Shown one piece after another: positions 26,498 to 39,802 of a stretch of 64,000 bases of DNA. The DNA is taken from assembly GCA_951406725.2 (NCBI GenBank), contig OX597818.1:79856001-79920000 (forward strand). Reading direction: 5' to 3'. Position numbers and translations under genes: made by a program. Source of the stretch: Octopus vulgaris (Eukaryota). The notes below the pieces were generated by a model that was given only the letters and a program-made list of their open reading frames with translations, searched no databases and was not told where the DNA came from. Every line of letters begins with the position of its first letter. The stretch's first letter is position 1.

Positions 26498-26885
26498 TCT
26501 TTTATTTTTTTACTTGTTTCAGCTATTTGACTGCGGCCATGCGGGAGCACCAACTTTAGTTGAAGAAATCGACTCCAGGACTTAATCTAATCCTATTACT
26601 TATTTTATCAGACACTTTTTGCCGAACCGCTAAGTTACGGAGACGTAAATTCCAACATCGGTTGTCAAGCGATGGCGTGGGAACAGACACAAACACACAA
26701 ACATAAACATATATATACATACATATGACGGGCTTCTTTCAGTTTCCGTCTACCAAATCCACTCACTAGGCTTTGGTCGGCCCGAGGCTATAGTAGAAGA
26801 CACCTGCCCAAGGTGCCACGCAGTGGAACTGAACCCAGAACCATGTGGTTGGGAAGCAAGCTTCTTACCACACTGCCACGCCTGG
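26498..26885 (-). mobile_element. SINE family A, full length
   Basis: Colinear reverse complement of 45905-46358. Confidence 0.9.
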
Positions 26886-26905
26886 CTAATATATATATTT
26901 ACATA

Positions 26906-27450
26906 TAATTCACCGACCCTAAAAAGTGACCAAGGGTGTAGAGAGCACCGGCATTGCTGGAAATAACAGCCAAAGACTCTTTCGCCACAAAAGCACATGT
27001 TCTATTTATTGACTGTTATTTCTAGCAATGCTGGTGCTCCCTGCACTCTTTGTTACTTTTTGTGACAGTGAATTATTTCCTTTTTGATTTTGAATTGCGT
27101 CTAGCCACCTTACTTATTCTATAATTTCCACATTACCATTTTGCGGAATCAGCCACTGTGGTAAATTTTATAAATACTGACAAGTGAATTTTCAACATCG
27201 CCACTCGCGAAGGAGTAAGCATTACTGATTAGCATTAATTTCGACGCGAAATTGGCATGCCAACCTAATGCTCTCGGTTGCGGTGGAGAGGCTGTCTCCC
27301 TAACCAATAAATAAAACATGTGCTTTTGTGGCTAAAGAATCTGATCCTCATTTCTAGCAATACTGGTGCTACCTGCATCCTTGGTCACTTTTAATGACGG
27401 TGACTTATTTTCTTTTTAGCTTTGAATTGCATCTTGACACCTTAATTATT
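26906..27450. mobile_element. Complex inverted-repeat element with a hammerhead in the spacer
   Basis: 26906-27012 mirrors 27308-27407, and its first 70 bp also mirror 27009-27074. HHR at 27218-27272. Confidence 0.75.
27218..27272 (+). ncRNA. Type I hammerhead-like motif with 12-nt palindromic stem III
   Basis: AGCATTA-CTGATTA-GC..GC-GAAA-TTGGCATGCCAA-CC-TAATGCT. Stem I is a perfect 7 bp; two core substitutions. Confidence 0.7.
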
Positions 27451-27453
27451 GTG

Positions 27454-27486
<33 letters not shown>

Positions 27487-27499
27487 TTGTGTGTGTGTT

Positions 27500-27575
<76 letters not shown>

Positions 27576-27909
27576 ATCAGGGTGCTAGACAGTAGACAGC
27601 ATTGCTAGAAATAGGAGTCCCAAACGGCTCAGGGACCACAGTAAATCACTTATACACACTGGTGAATTTGAGGAAACGAGTATATAAAAAGCCATCTTAC
27701 CACAACAAGTGAAAATCGTAAATGAATTCGCAGACGTACTCATATCACCAGATTTCCGACCCTGAGATAAAGACTTAGTCTTCGTCAGTGATTATTACTG
27801 CCCTGGGCTAAAATACTGGCATCACCATATTAATAACCTTTATGGTTATTTATGCTTGCTAGCCACTTATATTATCATTTTATTAATAGCAATATCTTTA
27901 TATATGTAT

Positions 27910-28386
27910 GTGTGTCCTCTCTCTTCTTTTCACACGTGACCGACTGGCCGACTACTGGCCTTTTGGATCTGGCAGCGGTCGTGGTAACATCAACATTTTT
28001 TTCTCTGCTCCAAGGCACATTCCTAGCACGCCAGCTGAGTTCAATTCGTCTCCAGTCGAATGACGTCTGTTGTGATGTCCTGTTATTGTTATTATTATTA
28101 CTATTATTATTGTTTTTTTGTATTGTTTTTGTATTCATATTCGTGTAACATCGTCCGTTTTTCCGTCCTTGTTTCGTATACATTCGAAGCTTTTTTCCAA
28201 GGAATCTAATGCGCTTAGCTTAGCTTTTCCTTGTGGCTGGCCAGATTGGAGCAATCTCAAGATTAATCAGCCGAAATTGCGAGGATGATCCGGTTCTTGA
28301 CTGAAGATTGAAGGCTTCGAATGACCCATCCGTGTTTTTTGTAACGTCTTCTGAATGTTTTGCGTTCTTTTCCCATTTTGTATTTT
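27910..28386 (+). mobile_element. Unclassified element 3' end in TA microsatellite (second copy at 57580-57700, minus strand)
   Basis: The tail cagccgaaattgcga..cccattttgtatt-(TA)n is shared with the reverse complement of 57580-57700. Confidence 0.6.
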
Positions 28387-28401
28387 ATATATATATATAT
28401 A

Positions 28402-28663
28402 CGTATTTCAAAATAGAAAATTGCCCTTTAACAGGTAAATTTACATGCTAGAAGTAGCAGCCAAACACGGCCAAAAACCACAATTTTGTAGCAAATTTCG
28501 AAGTAAACGAAAAATAAAAACCTTTACCTTGTTATATAACGGTTATACCATGGTTTCGAATTTCGAAATTTGCTATAAAATTGTGGTTTTTGGCCGTGTT
28601 TGGCTGCTATTTCTAGCATGTAAAAATTACCTGTTAAAAGGTAATTTTCTATTTTGAAATACG
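28402..28663. repeat. Fold-back element (about 100-bp arms)
   Basis: 28402-28502 mirrors 28562-28663 and abuts (TA)n. No HHR core is visible. Confidence 0.85.
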
Positions 28664-28786
28664 AATATGTTGTCTATTGACTTTTTATATATGCTAGGCC
28701 ACTGGTGGTGATATTTATAACGAGTATTCGCCACCCTATATATATATAGGTACACTAATGTTGTTTTATTTTTTTTATGTTGTTGT

Positions 28787-29105
28787 GAAGGCGCGTGCCT
28801 TAGTGGTTAGGGTATTTGGCTCACGATCGTATGGTTGTAAGTTCGGTTCTCGACGACGCGTTGTATTATTGAGCAAGACACTTTATTTCACGTTGCACCA
28901 GTCCACTCAGCTGGCAAAAATTAATTGTACCCGCGCTTCAAAGGGCCGGCCTTGTCACTTTCTGTGTCACGCTGAATCTCGCTGAGAACTACTTTAAGGA
29001 TACGTGTGTCTGTGGAGTGCTCAGCCACTTGCGCGTTAACTTCACGAGCAGGCTGTTCCGTTGATCGGATCAAATGGAACCCTCGTCGTCGTAACCGACG
29101 GAGTA
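28787..29105 (+). mobile_element. tRNA-derived SINE (family D)
   Basis: A-box-like gcgtgccttagtggttaggg and B-box-like gttcggttctc. The ttgagcaagacactttatttcacgttg core is shared with 31391-31733 and 62765-62966. Confidence 0.75.
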
Positions 29106-29690
29106 TCTTTTTTGTTGATGTTGTGGTTGTTTAACCCCAAGCTATGCTTGATCCCGCATATACGTATATGATCACAAGATTTCCAACATTGACCATTTTA
29201 TCTTTCACTCATTTATTTTTGGTTTTTTATATTTTATTTCTTTTCTTTTACTTAAATAATACATATATTTATTTTATATTTTATTTCTTTCATTTATTAT
29301 TAAATAATATAAATTTATTTTATTTAAATCCATTAAGCAAATCTAAATATAATTTTCTTTCTTAACCAATTTTATTTATATATCGATAAAATAAATATTT
29401 GTTGGTAAAATAAATTTTATTTTATTTATTTACTTTTCTGTATAAAAATTTTAATATTTTATTTGCCCACAAAATAAATTTTGTCTTTGATTTAATTTTT
29501 CTTTACAATCAAAATTAATATCTTGTTTTTTGAATATTTTTTCTTTTATTTTATTCTATTTTTATTTATTTATTTACTGTACACCAGACGACATCATCTA
29601 ATGTTTCCTATTCTTTTTAAAGACGAAAGGCTGTCTACAACGAGAGGAATATTTTTGTTGCAATTTCTAGCAAGTCTAGCAGCCATGCTA

Positions 29691-30190
29691 TTGGGTTGTC
29701 CGGAAAGTTCGTGCCGATATTTAAAAGAAAGAAAAAGGTTAATAAATGCTTGCCTTACATTTTTAATCAACCAAATATTAACCATTTTGTTGTACAGTGC
29801 GTCCCCATCTTTCCTTTAACTTTAAAATACCATCTTCCCAGAATTGAGGTGGTTTCATGGCAAAGAATTCATCACGGTATGTGGAAATCCGAAGGAGCAA
29901 TATCTGGTGAATATGGAGGTTGGGGTAACATATCCCAGCCGAGCTGCAGCAATTTTTGTCTCGTTCCCAAAGCATCAAGTGCCGAAAACGAACTTTCTTA
30001 TCTTCCATTTAAAAGGGTTATAGAATTAACACAGGTTATAGGAACATAAACCTTCTTCCACGAAAAGATAGCTTAAACTGTGCTGTAAATGGAGGTGTAG
30101 TCAAATCCTATTTTATGGACTCAACCATGTTCTAAAATAAGTCGAAAAGTAAGCTACTATAAATCGGCACGAACTTTCTGGACAACCCAA
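29691..30190 (-). mobile_element. Non-autonomous mariner, copy 2
   Basis: Same TIRs and body as 17744-18308 with an extra deletion of about 60 bp. TA TSDs. Confidence 0.9.
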
Positions 30191-31390
30191 TATTATTGTA
30201 CAACGGTGGGAAATTTGCCATCTGGTAGAATGCTAAAAAACATATATTACATTTGTGAGAAGACGACAAATGAAATAAGATATCCACCATGTATCACGAT
30301 ACTAATCTGAACATCTCATCCATCTTGTCTTATTTCTTTATCAGCTTTCAGGATTAAACTAAATTAATTTGATGCCTTGTAAAGAAATTGTAGAAGAATA
30401 TTTATTTTTAATTCAACAATTTGCCCGTTTCATAGAAACTAACCTCAAACTTCCAGTTATATTTTTTTTTATTTATTCATTGGTTTGTTTAAGATTTATT
30501 TGACATAGCAAGGGAGTATCACTAACCGAGCCTTAGTGAGAAGCAGAAAAAGAAAAGTTATTATAACGAGCCTCTACATGCTAGAAAGAGTAACCAAATT
30601 TCCCTCATATCATAATCTATTAAAGAAAGTCAAAGGAAGGGCATGTTAGATAATGTAGTCCGTCAAACCTTAAAAAAATAGTGGGATTTGCTTTGATCGT
30701 GGCCGCTCTACTACTTGAAATAACAACCAAATTTTCCCCATACAACACTCTGCAGTCTTTAAGAAATGTACTAGGTATTGGATAATGTATTAGATAATGT
30801 AGGCTTGAAAACCTATAAAAGAGGACCAGAGCTCTTAAAGTGATAACAGAAACGGCCGAAAGAGTTCTAGCTAGATCTGGCGAAAGAAGAATGAAAGTGC
30901 GTTTTAGAAGGCACAATTTCCTCTACAATCAACTGGTGTCTTAGAGTGAACTCGTTACAACACCCAAGTTCAAGGTACCTTAGCTCTGGGGTAACTTAAT
31001 CACTCAGGAAGGTATTTGTTACAATGCAGACAGCATAGAATATGGCTGCAGAGAGGTATCCAGGAGCCATGCCTTGGATGCGGCTTACCCATTCCCTTTA
31101 AAATTGTAAGGAGTTAAGGGCCGAAACACTTGTATAATGGAATATAAACATCTTCACTGAAGATCTGCTCTCCCTACAGTTTCTTACAACATGCTGGGAT
31201 TTTCTTTGATCGTAGTCGCTCAACCTGCTAAAGAGAGTAACCAATTCTCACTCTTATCACACTTTACTGCCGTAAAGAAAAGACACATTAGGTAATGCTG
31301 TTCTACAAACACCTAAAATATATTGGTGTTTACTGTGATCGAGGTCGCTCAACCTGCTAGCAACCAAATCTCCCTTATATCATAACTGCT

Positions 31391-31733
31391 GAGACCCCCT
31401 TCGGTCATGAATGAAAATGGGATTGCGCCGAGAAAATCTCGGTAATTTTCTCCGAGGTCCAACTCCGGGCAAGGTTGTTTGTGGAAGGCCAGCAGTCACC
31501 CATGCATACCGGCTTACCCTCTCCACACCACCAGTGTTATCCAAGTAAAAGGCAAAGGCCGATACAGCTTGGCACTAGTGACAGCGCAACTCATTTCTAC
31601 AGCTCAGTGAACTGGAGCAACGTGAAATAAAGTGTCTTGCTCAAGAACACAACACGCAGCCTGGTCCGGGATTCAAACTCACAACCTCACGATCCTTAAG
31701 CTGGACGCTCTAACCACTGAGCCATGCACCTTC
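31391..31733 (-). mobile_element. tRNA-derived SINE (family D core, different tail)
   Basis: Minus-strand head ggtgcatggctcagtggttagagcg..gtttgaatcccgg. Confidence 0.8.
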
Positions 31734-31772
31734 GCTTATCATAACTACTACTTTAATATATATTCATGATTG

Positions 31773-31809
<37 letters not shown>

Positions 31810-31908
31810 AAAGAGAAAGACAGACAGACAGACAGTCAGAGACAGAGATAGACAAAGAGACAGTCAGACGTGTTCATGCAAATACATATAATATACATAT
31901 ATATACTT

Positions 31909-31971
<63 letters not shown>

Positions 31972-31981
31972 CATACATACA

Positions 31982-32013
<32 letters not shown>

Positions 32014-32044
32014 AAGTGTTGGGTATGTTCTTAGTAGTATTACA

Positions 32045-32148
32045 TCACCTGACGAGTCGCTTCTGCACCGAGGAATGCACCACCACTAGTTGTATAGTTT
32101 CCCTCCCGTGAGGGGTCGATGCAGAATGTGCCAAAACGATCGTTGTGA
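32045..32148 (+). ncRNA. Type I hammerhead-like motif with very long stem II
   Basis: TCAC-CTGACGA-gtcgcttctgcaccga..tcgatgcagaatgtgcc-AAAAC-GATC-GTT-GTGA. Palindrome AACGATCGTT; AATAAA at 32151; G12 is mutated to A. Confidence 0.65.
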
Positions 32149-32193
32149 GCAATAAAGTTTGCCGTGCATTCCACTTTCCGTCTCTGTCATTTG

Positions 32194-32266
<73 letters not shown>

Positions 32267-32387
32267 TTATGATGTGCTTTAATGCTATACGAATTAGAGT
32301 CCAATATCCAAGCCACATTAAATTCCAATTTCTGATGTTGCATACTGCATCAATCTATCAGTTGTCACTGCACAGTATTGAAAATTT

Positions 32388-32455
32388 TGTCTGACGAGAT
32401 GGGTTGGTAGAAAAAATATTATGATAATAAGATCATTGAAACGATTGTAATGACA
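32388..32455 (+). ncRNA. Type I hammerhead-like motif, canonical core
   Basis: TGT-CTGACGA-GATG..CATT-GAAAC-GATT-GTA-ATG. Stem I is weak (wobble pairs). Confidence 0.55.
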
Positions 32456-32782
32456 GGCTTGGAAAATCAATAACCTGTTTTCCATGAAAATAAGTGATCG
32501 GTAGCGTCAGTAGAATGCCGCTTGAACAATGCTATGCGTGATCAATCTAGAATGAGTTGTCTGGGTGGGGGTGTAGCGGATGTATGTTTTAAGATCTGAA
32601 ACACCCAGATTGATAGACAGGAAGACAGACAGGCAGACAGATAGGTAGCTAGTTAGGTAGATAGACAGACAGACAGATAGGCAGACTGACAGGCAGGCGG
32701 ACAGACAGACAAACTGATTGGTAGGTAGATAAGTAGGTAGGTAGGTAGGTAGGTAGGTAGGTAGGTAGGTAGGTAAGCGGAC

Positions 32783-32869
<87 letters not shown>

Positions 32870-33247
32870 CGTATGACTAAAGTCATGAAGATCATTCATG
32901 TTAAGTGGATAGAGTGGCGCATTAACGAAGTGCATGGCCGTTCTTGGATTAGTCCATTTCCAGTACACCATCTGCTAGTAGTCGTTACACAATATGGCAA
33001 AATTCACAGCAGTATCGACATTCTGTAAAAATGAGAAATGTTTCCGTTAGCTTCTGCTAGGTCTAGCTTTTGCTGTTGTTCAGGAGATTGTATCAAAAGA
33101 TTGGCTTCTTCTAATTAAATAAATTCAGGAGTGAAGTACTTAATAATTTACGTAAGAAATTCTGAATCAATTTTTAAAATTGTTTCGTTTCTATGTATTT
33201 ATTTTGCAAGATTCTTGATGTGAAAACGTGTTTTGAAACAGATTGTG

Positions 33248-33635
33248 TTGTATCATTGGAGGATCATTATGCCAATAATGAACACACGCACGGATTCTAT
33301 TTCGCTTCTTGCAGAAAATTATTTAACATAGATTAGTTAACAATTTAATCAATTAACTGTGGATCATTTGTTTAATTGTTCTGTCAATTGATCGATCATT
33401 TAGATTCGTCCGAGTCTTTTAGTCGCCATTCACGATTTCATCAATCATATGCTTCCAAAAGGATCGAATTGATTAAATGAGTGAAAGGATCGAATTGATT
33501 AAATGAGTGGACGATTAATCAAACAATCTATTGGTTGATTACTTGAAAGATTAACTACTTGACTAATTATAATAACAGAAGTGAAAAGAACCCATGCGTG
33601 TGTTTTATTAGCATAATGAGCCTTCAAAGATACAA
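33248..33635. mobile_element. Old fold-back element with a degenerate hammerhead in the spacer
   Basis: 33248-33340 mirrors 33548-33635. The minus strand at 33417-33444 reads TTGATGA-AATCG-TGAATGG-CGACT-AAAA. There is also a 25-bp tandem duplication. Confidence 0.6.
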
Positions 33636-35368
33636 TAAACATTGTTTCTTTAATGGAGAAAAAAAATAACATACCTAATGGTAATTATTAGTGATTCTGA
33701 AAAAGAAGAGAGGAGACTATTTTCAGAAATTAAAAATTAAATCCACAAAATTAATTTGTTGATCAGTCAACAAATGTCTAAACACAAAGAAAAAGGGTTT
33801 CGAAGATTTTTGTTCTATAACTGTCGGTTGTATTAGACAGAGACGAACCTTTCATGTTATCAGCCATATACATTAATTTCTTTAATCGGCTTGAGAAGAG
33901 ACATAAGAAATAGAGGTGTTTCTGTCTTTTCAAGTCAAGCGACACTGCCTATCAAAAAGAAATGAAATAGCTTCAACCATGTGTTAAAACAGGATATCCG
34001 CATTCTCTTCAGCGCCACTCATTACCAAATATACATAACACCAACCACAATTATTAAAGTATTAACACCAACTTTATCATTCATTACTATGTTTATTTTG
34101 TTTCTCACTGGAATCAGATGTGTTAGTCTATCGCAACCTCCAGATTTACGCTTTGCGAAATCAAATTTATCAGGAATGAGAAGCAGTAACATAAAACGTT
34201 CTTGTTTTTCCTTAGAGACGTTTAATGCCTAAATTGAACTGAAACAAATACGAATCGAAACTAGATTATGAAGTAGACTTGCCAGGGCCTTATGCCCATT
34301 CTTTATCTTACATATTGCTATAAATCTTACTAGTTTTGTCTTTAATTCTGTGGATAATATAATATCCCAGTTGAAATAATTGATAAGAAAGTGTGAGACG
34401 AGGATTCATTGCAGTCTCAGGTTTTCTTTTAATTCCTGGCATATCAGTCTACTTTCGTAAGGAAAAAAGGCGCCATTATTCAGCTTGCCATCGTTATTAG
34501 TAATACTCAAATAAATAAGCGATGACGAACGTATGGCATTGGACATCTATTTAGATATTTTATTGATAATCAATAATGCAACATGAAGACAGTAAATGCC
34601 AAATATGTTCTTAAATGTTCACCCTGATCAAGGACAATGTGACATGTACAAGGTTAAAACAGCCGCCAATTTTAAGATATTATTAATCATATTAATTTAT
34701 TCCAGATATTTATTTGTAAAATATGAAGAGTAATGATCTCTATCTAATTCTCAAGACACTAAAAAGAAATGTCGAAAATACTTGTACATGGATTTATAAC
34801 AATTTATTTTTCGTACAGATTAGTTTCGGTCAGAACGACAAGATATTTTCGAACAGAAGTTAATCTCACCAACGAATGACTAACAAGACGATACAGAAAA
34901 TCGATTTATACCCACGCTGACATAAGAAAACATGAAATATCCTATTAATTACCATTTCAGTGACATTGCAACTCCATGTTTTCATCAACGTATTTTGTTT
35001 ATTTTCTTTTTGTTTTACGTTCTTTTGCGTTTTGGAGGAAGAGGTTTTATTTGTCATACAATTACAAGTAACATGAACTAGCAGCCATGTTTATAAATTT
35101 CCGAAATCAGACAAATACTGCTGGCAAATGTTACTTATCGTTATGACAAGCTAAGAGAATGCTGATTAATATATTTGTTGACGTGTGTGAATTTGGGAAA
35201 GTTCTGCAAATTGCTTTTCTTTGAGATTGATTCCTCTAGACGTTTATTCCATTTTCGAGAAGAATCTGCAATAAAATAGCAATTTTATTAAAGATAGAGA
35301 CATGAAATAAGTTCACCTCTAAGATGTGTACTCACACACGCACACATATACATATAGGTATATACATA

Positions 35369-35401
<33 letters not shown>

Positions 35402-35459
35402 GATTTTGATTTTTCCAGTTTCAGCTCATGAGCTGTGGCCATGCTGGGGCACCGCCATT

Positions 35460-35496
<37 letters not shown>

Positions 35497-36828
35497 GATA
35501 TGTGTGAGTGTAAATATATATATGTATGCTTGTATACGTACATGTATATATTTTTGTCTGTTTCCATATATGTCTGTGTATGTGTGCCTGTGCCTATGTT
35601 TGTATGTGTTTGTAAATTGTACTCCCACACCGTTCTCAGAAAAACAAACTGAAAAAATACAACTACATATTTTATTATTCATCACCCCTATCAAAAGGCT
35701 TGTATAACATTTATTTTTAAAAATAGTAACCATAGTCCCACCGAAAACACGCTAGTGTCCGTCAAGAAAGACGAATACAGACAGAAAGTTGAAATGGAGC
35801 ATTTGTACTAATCTTTGTGTTGCTGAAATAATAGAATAGAGAAAGTTGGAGAATGAGACACACATGAAGAAAGAGTTTCAGACAGAAGTAGGAGACAGAC
35901 GGTGATGACGGTGGCAATACTTTTGTATATTATCAAACTCTCTGCTTCTTCTTTTCGTTTTTCTCTTTCTGAATCACTGTTTGACATAGTTCAATAGATA
36001 GAAATAAGGAATTTTGGACAAAGAAACACGAGAAATATATAGAGGAAAAGGATAGCGATGATGCTCTTGGCAGCAGCACTCTTTTTCTTTAGTCTGTCTT
36101 TAATTGTATCCTTCCCTCTTTCTCTCTCGCCTTCCTTTCCCTTTCCACCTCTCCACTCTCTCTCCCTTCCTTTCTCTCTTCACCTCTCTCCTCTCTTTCT
36201 CTTTAGCATTGTAAAATAGAGAGTTAGAGTCACACATGTATATATATACATACATACACACATACATACATACATAGAAAGAAAGGAAGTAAAACAGAAA
36301 AAAGAGATAGTGATTAGATAGACAGAGGGTGAAGATGAATTAAGGTGATGACGGTGGTGGTTTGAAAATAGTCGTCAATGTCAGTTGTAGTGTTCTGTTA
36401 CATTAAGCGGAAGATGCACAATATATCAAATGAAAGCTAGTAGCAAGCCATTACGTACTTTGCAATGAATATATTTTGTACAAAGTGAAACCGGTTTGAA
36501 ATTGTATAATTCGGTGTATTTTTGGTATTTAATAGGGTATTTTGAAATTATTTGAATGTACTCTGGAATCTGGAATCTGGAATCTGGAAATGATTTTATT
36601 ACCGTAACGTATTTTAGATATGATATGATATTTTGGAATAAGTAATAATATCTTCTAAAATAATTTGATTGTGATAACCTTTTTTTTTTTTTTTTAATGT
36701 ATATTGTTGTATTTTGAAATGATTTTACAGTACTTATATATTTTGGAATCAATTTACTAAAATATAAAAAGAAAAATGAATTTTCCATATTGATATATTT
36801 CCTTATCTCCTGACGTGTGGAATATTTA

Positions 36829-36885
<57 letters not shown>

Positions 36886-37470
36886 TGTGTGTATGTGTGT
36901 GTATGAGAGAATTTTATTAGCCTGTATGTACGGTAAAGAAAACTACAAATTCAGTTACATGCTAATAATGACAATCTAAAGAATACATAAAGTTCCTCCA
37001 GTAATGATAGTAATTAAAAGAATCATTGGTTTGAAAAAAAATAACGTATCAACGTTAACGTCTGTGATAGCAGTCACTGATATTTTCAATATACATTTCA
37101 TTCATATCTGAGTGCGCGAGCGCACGTATGTGTGTGTGTGTATGTATTACACATACATACGTACTTACATACATACATACATACATACAGACATACATAC
37201 AAACATACATACATACATACATACATACATACATACATACTTGTTGACTAACTGCGCACCTGTGAACCAGACCAGAAATTTCTAAGTCGTCGCTCTACAG
37301 ACGTACATTCATATATATATATATTGCCGAATTGCAACGAAACCACCCCCAGAGATGTAACTCTTAACTCAATCCCCTACTCGGTTCGTTTCATCATCTT
37401 TGTCACAGCAACTACAAACTTGATGTGTCTATACACCTCCAAGAATAGAAAGCAGTCATCATATTTCATT

Positions 37471-37569
37471 CCATAACGGCTATCTCTGATGAGCACAGGG
37501 TTACATAATCGAACTGTTGTCTAACACTCTGTTGAGTGCGAAACCGATTAGTAAGATCGGCTGTAATGG
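37471..37569 (+). ncRNA. Type I hammerhead ribozyme, fully canonical core
   Basis: ccataacggctATCT-CTGATGA-GCAC..GTGC-GAAAC-CGATTA-GTA-AGATcggctgtaatgg. Stem I extends imperfectly to about 15 bp. Predicted cut after A37553; (TA)n starts about 30 nt downstream. Confidence 0.85.
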
Positions 37570-37595
37570 ATATATATTATACTGTACACTTCAAG

Positions 37596-37657
<62 letters not shown>

Positions 37658-37892
37658 TATCTATATTATTTAACTCAATACTCAGTGCTGTTACTTTTTG
37701 GGTAGGTATTTTTGATTTGTATATTGAATTAATACTGTGGAAACAGACAGCTCTATTGTATAGTAACTTGACTATTTAATTACATACATTCATCAATCTC
37801 TACGCGGCCTGAACTGGGTTCATTTGACACTGTTCTTGGTATTGCTCAGTCAGTTTAAAAATTACTTTGATAGCTACACAATAATCCACTTA

Positions 37893-38113
37893 CCGTATTT
37901 TCCGACATACAAGTCGAATTTTTTCCAACCAAAATTTAAAGCCAAAAAAGATTGGTCGACTTATACACAATGACGACTTTCATGGATCATAAATTTTGTG
38001 TGAAATGCTACAAGACTTAGAAAGATAGTATCGATGTTTTGAATGTAATATATAGTGTAAACACTACGTATTTACACTATATATTACGTCGACTTATGTG
38101 GCGGAAAATACGG
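37893..38113. mobile_element. pogo/Tigger-like MITE
   Basis: TIRs ccgtattttccgacatacaagtcga / tcgacttatgtggcggaaaatacgg with TA on the left. Internal palindrome at 38046-38085. Confidence 0.75.
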
Positions 38114-38509
38114 TTTGTTTGTTTGATGAAGGAGTTTGCTTTTACTCATAAATGAATAAAATGAAGAATGACTATTACAGTTTATCCCTGCCTGGTGAGA
38201 TACGTGACTGGAGTTCATAAACAAAAATTCTGCAGGAACACTATTAGCGAAAATAGAACTGGGGGTATATTCAAATGCTTACCACAAATGTTTGTAATCG
38301 AGGGTAAGATTTTAAAATGTAGCGCGGGAAAACATTGTAGAGAAAATTATAATGAAAACGTTGAAATAATTATATAGAGCTTCAATCAAACAGGAAATGT
38401 GGTGTATGTAAAGAATGCATTGCTCCAGAATGGTCTAGGCGGTGATGACTAAAACGAGTCGCAGTACTAAACAGACTGTTATAAATATTATTAACACTAA
38501 TAAAAATTT

Positions 38510-38714
38510 ATTCCACTATAAGCACAGGGCCTGGAATCTTGTTGGGGGTGCTAGTCGATTACATCTACCCCAGTGCTCAACTGGCACTTATTTCATCGAC
38601 CCCGAAAGGGGAAGAAAAGCAAAGTCAACATCAGTGGAATTTGAACTCAGAAGCTAAAGACAGAGGAAATGCCGCTAAGCATTTTGTCCGGCGTACTAAT
38701 CCGGCAACTCGCCT
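38510..38714 (-). mobile_element. SINE family C
   Basis: Reverse complement of 50279-50490. Confidence 0.8.
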
Positions 38715-38768
38715 TAATAATAATAATAATAATAATTAATATTATTGTTGTTGTTGTTGTAGTAGTTG

Positions 38769-38844
<76 letters not shown>

Positions 38845-39292
38845 TCTTGTTTTATTAAAATTATCTTTGCTTCTGAGGATTGCGTCATAATTATACATGG
38901 CAATTAAGACCGGCTCCATATGAGAAGAGGAGATAATCTCATAAATCAAGAACTTTTCCCAGGATCGACATGCCAATAACGAAAAGCGCGGGCTTATTGT
39001 CTGGAGGCCTGTATTTGCCTATGGTGTTCATACTCCGAGTTATTTCTCTTAGATCTTATTTGTAAAAATTAAGCTAAACTTCCAAGCTATAAAAGGATGT
39101 TTGGTCTTGATAGCTTTTCCTTATTTCCTCAGCAGTTACGAAACTGATGATGTGGTATTTTTTAGGATAATCAATAAATACAATTTCTTTTACAACCCAA
39201 ACAACTGCAGCCATCACCCTCCCTGCAGATGAAGCGACATTGGCCTGCTTTGGAGCAGGTGAGGAAAGGTGTTTCCACTGTATGGATTATCT

Positions 39293-39802
39293 CAGGGTGT
39301 CCCAGAATTAACTATTTATTGCAGTGAAATCGGACAATTTTTTTTAAAAACTCACTTTTATTTATGTGTATCATGTATAATATGTGCTATAAGTGTATAA
39401 TTTTTTCTTTATTTTATTAATAAATTTTATGATTTTTTTTATAATTATGTTTTCGTTCCTTTTGGACCCCGTTTATTTGTCCATGACAGGTTTTTTCAAT
39501 TTGGCTACAATCATTTTTTTCGGTTTCCATCCCCAGGATGGAGCAATCGTTTAGCTAAAATTAACGGACGCATTCAGTTGGCAGTGCAGGAGAGAGAGAA
39601 CTCCTGAAATACTTTAATGTGTTTCGCAACGCTGAGGACAGATTTGAAATTTGCAAGGATATAGACGGAGCACACGTTGAAAATTTTTAATAAAGCTCTG
39701 ATGCAAGATTTATAAATCCATTTGTTCCGATATCATAATTAAGTAATAAACATAAAATTCTGCTTTATCATTGAAATACATAGTTAATTCTGGGACATTC
39801 TG
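39293..39802. mobile_element. Tc1/mariner non-autonomous element
   Basis: TIRs cagggtgtcccagaattaacta / tagttaattctgggacattctg-TA. Confidence 0.8.

Noticed and set aside
29215-29580. Very AT-rich stretch resembling an organellar insertion
   Set aside because: No recognisable mitochondrial gene, tRNA or rRNA; treated as low complexity.
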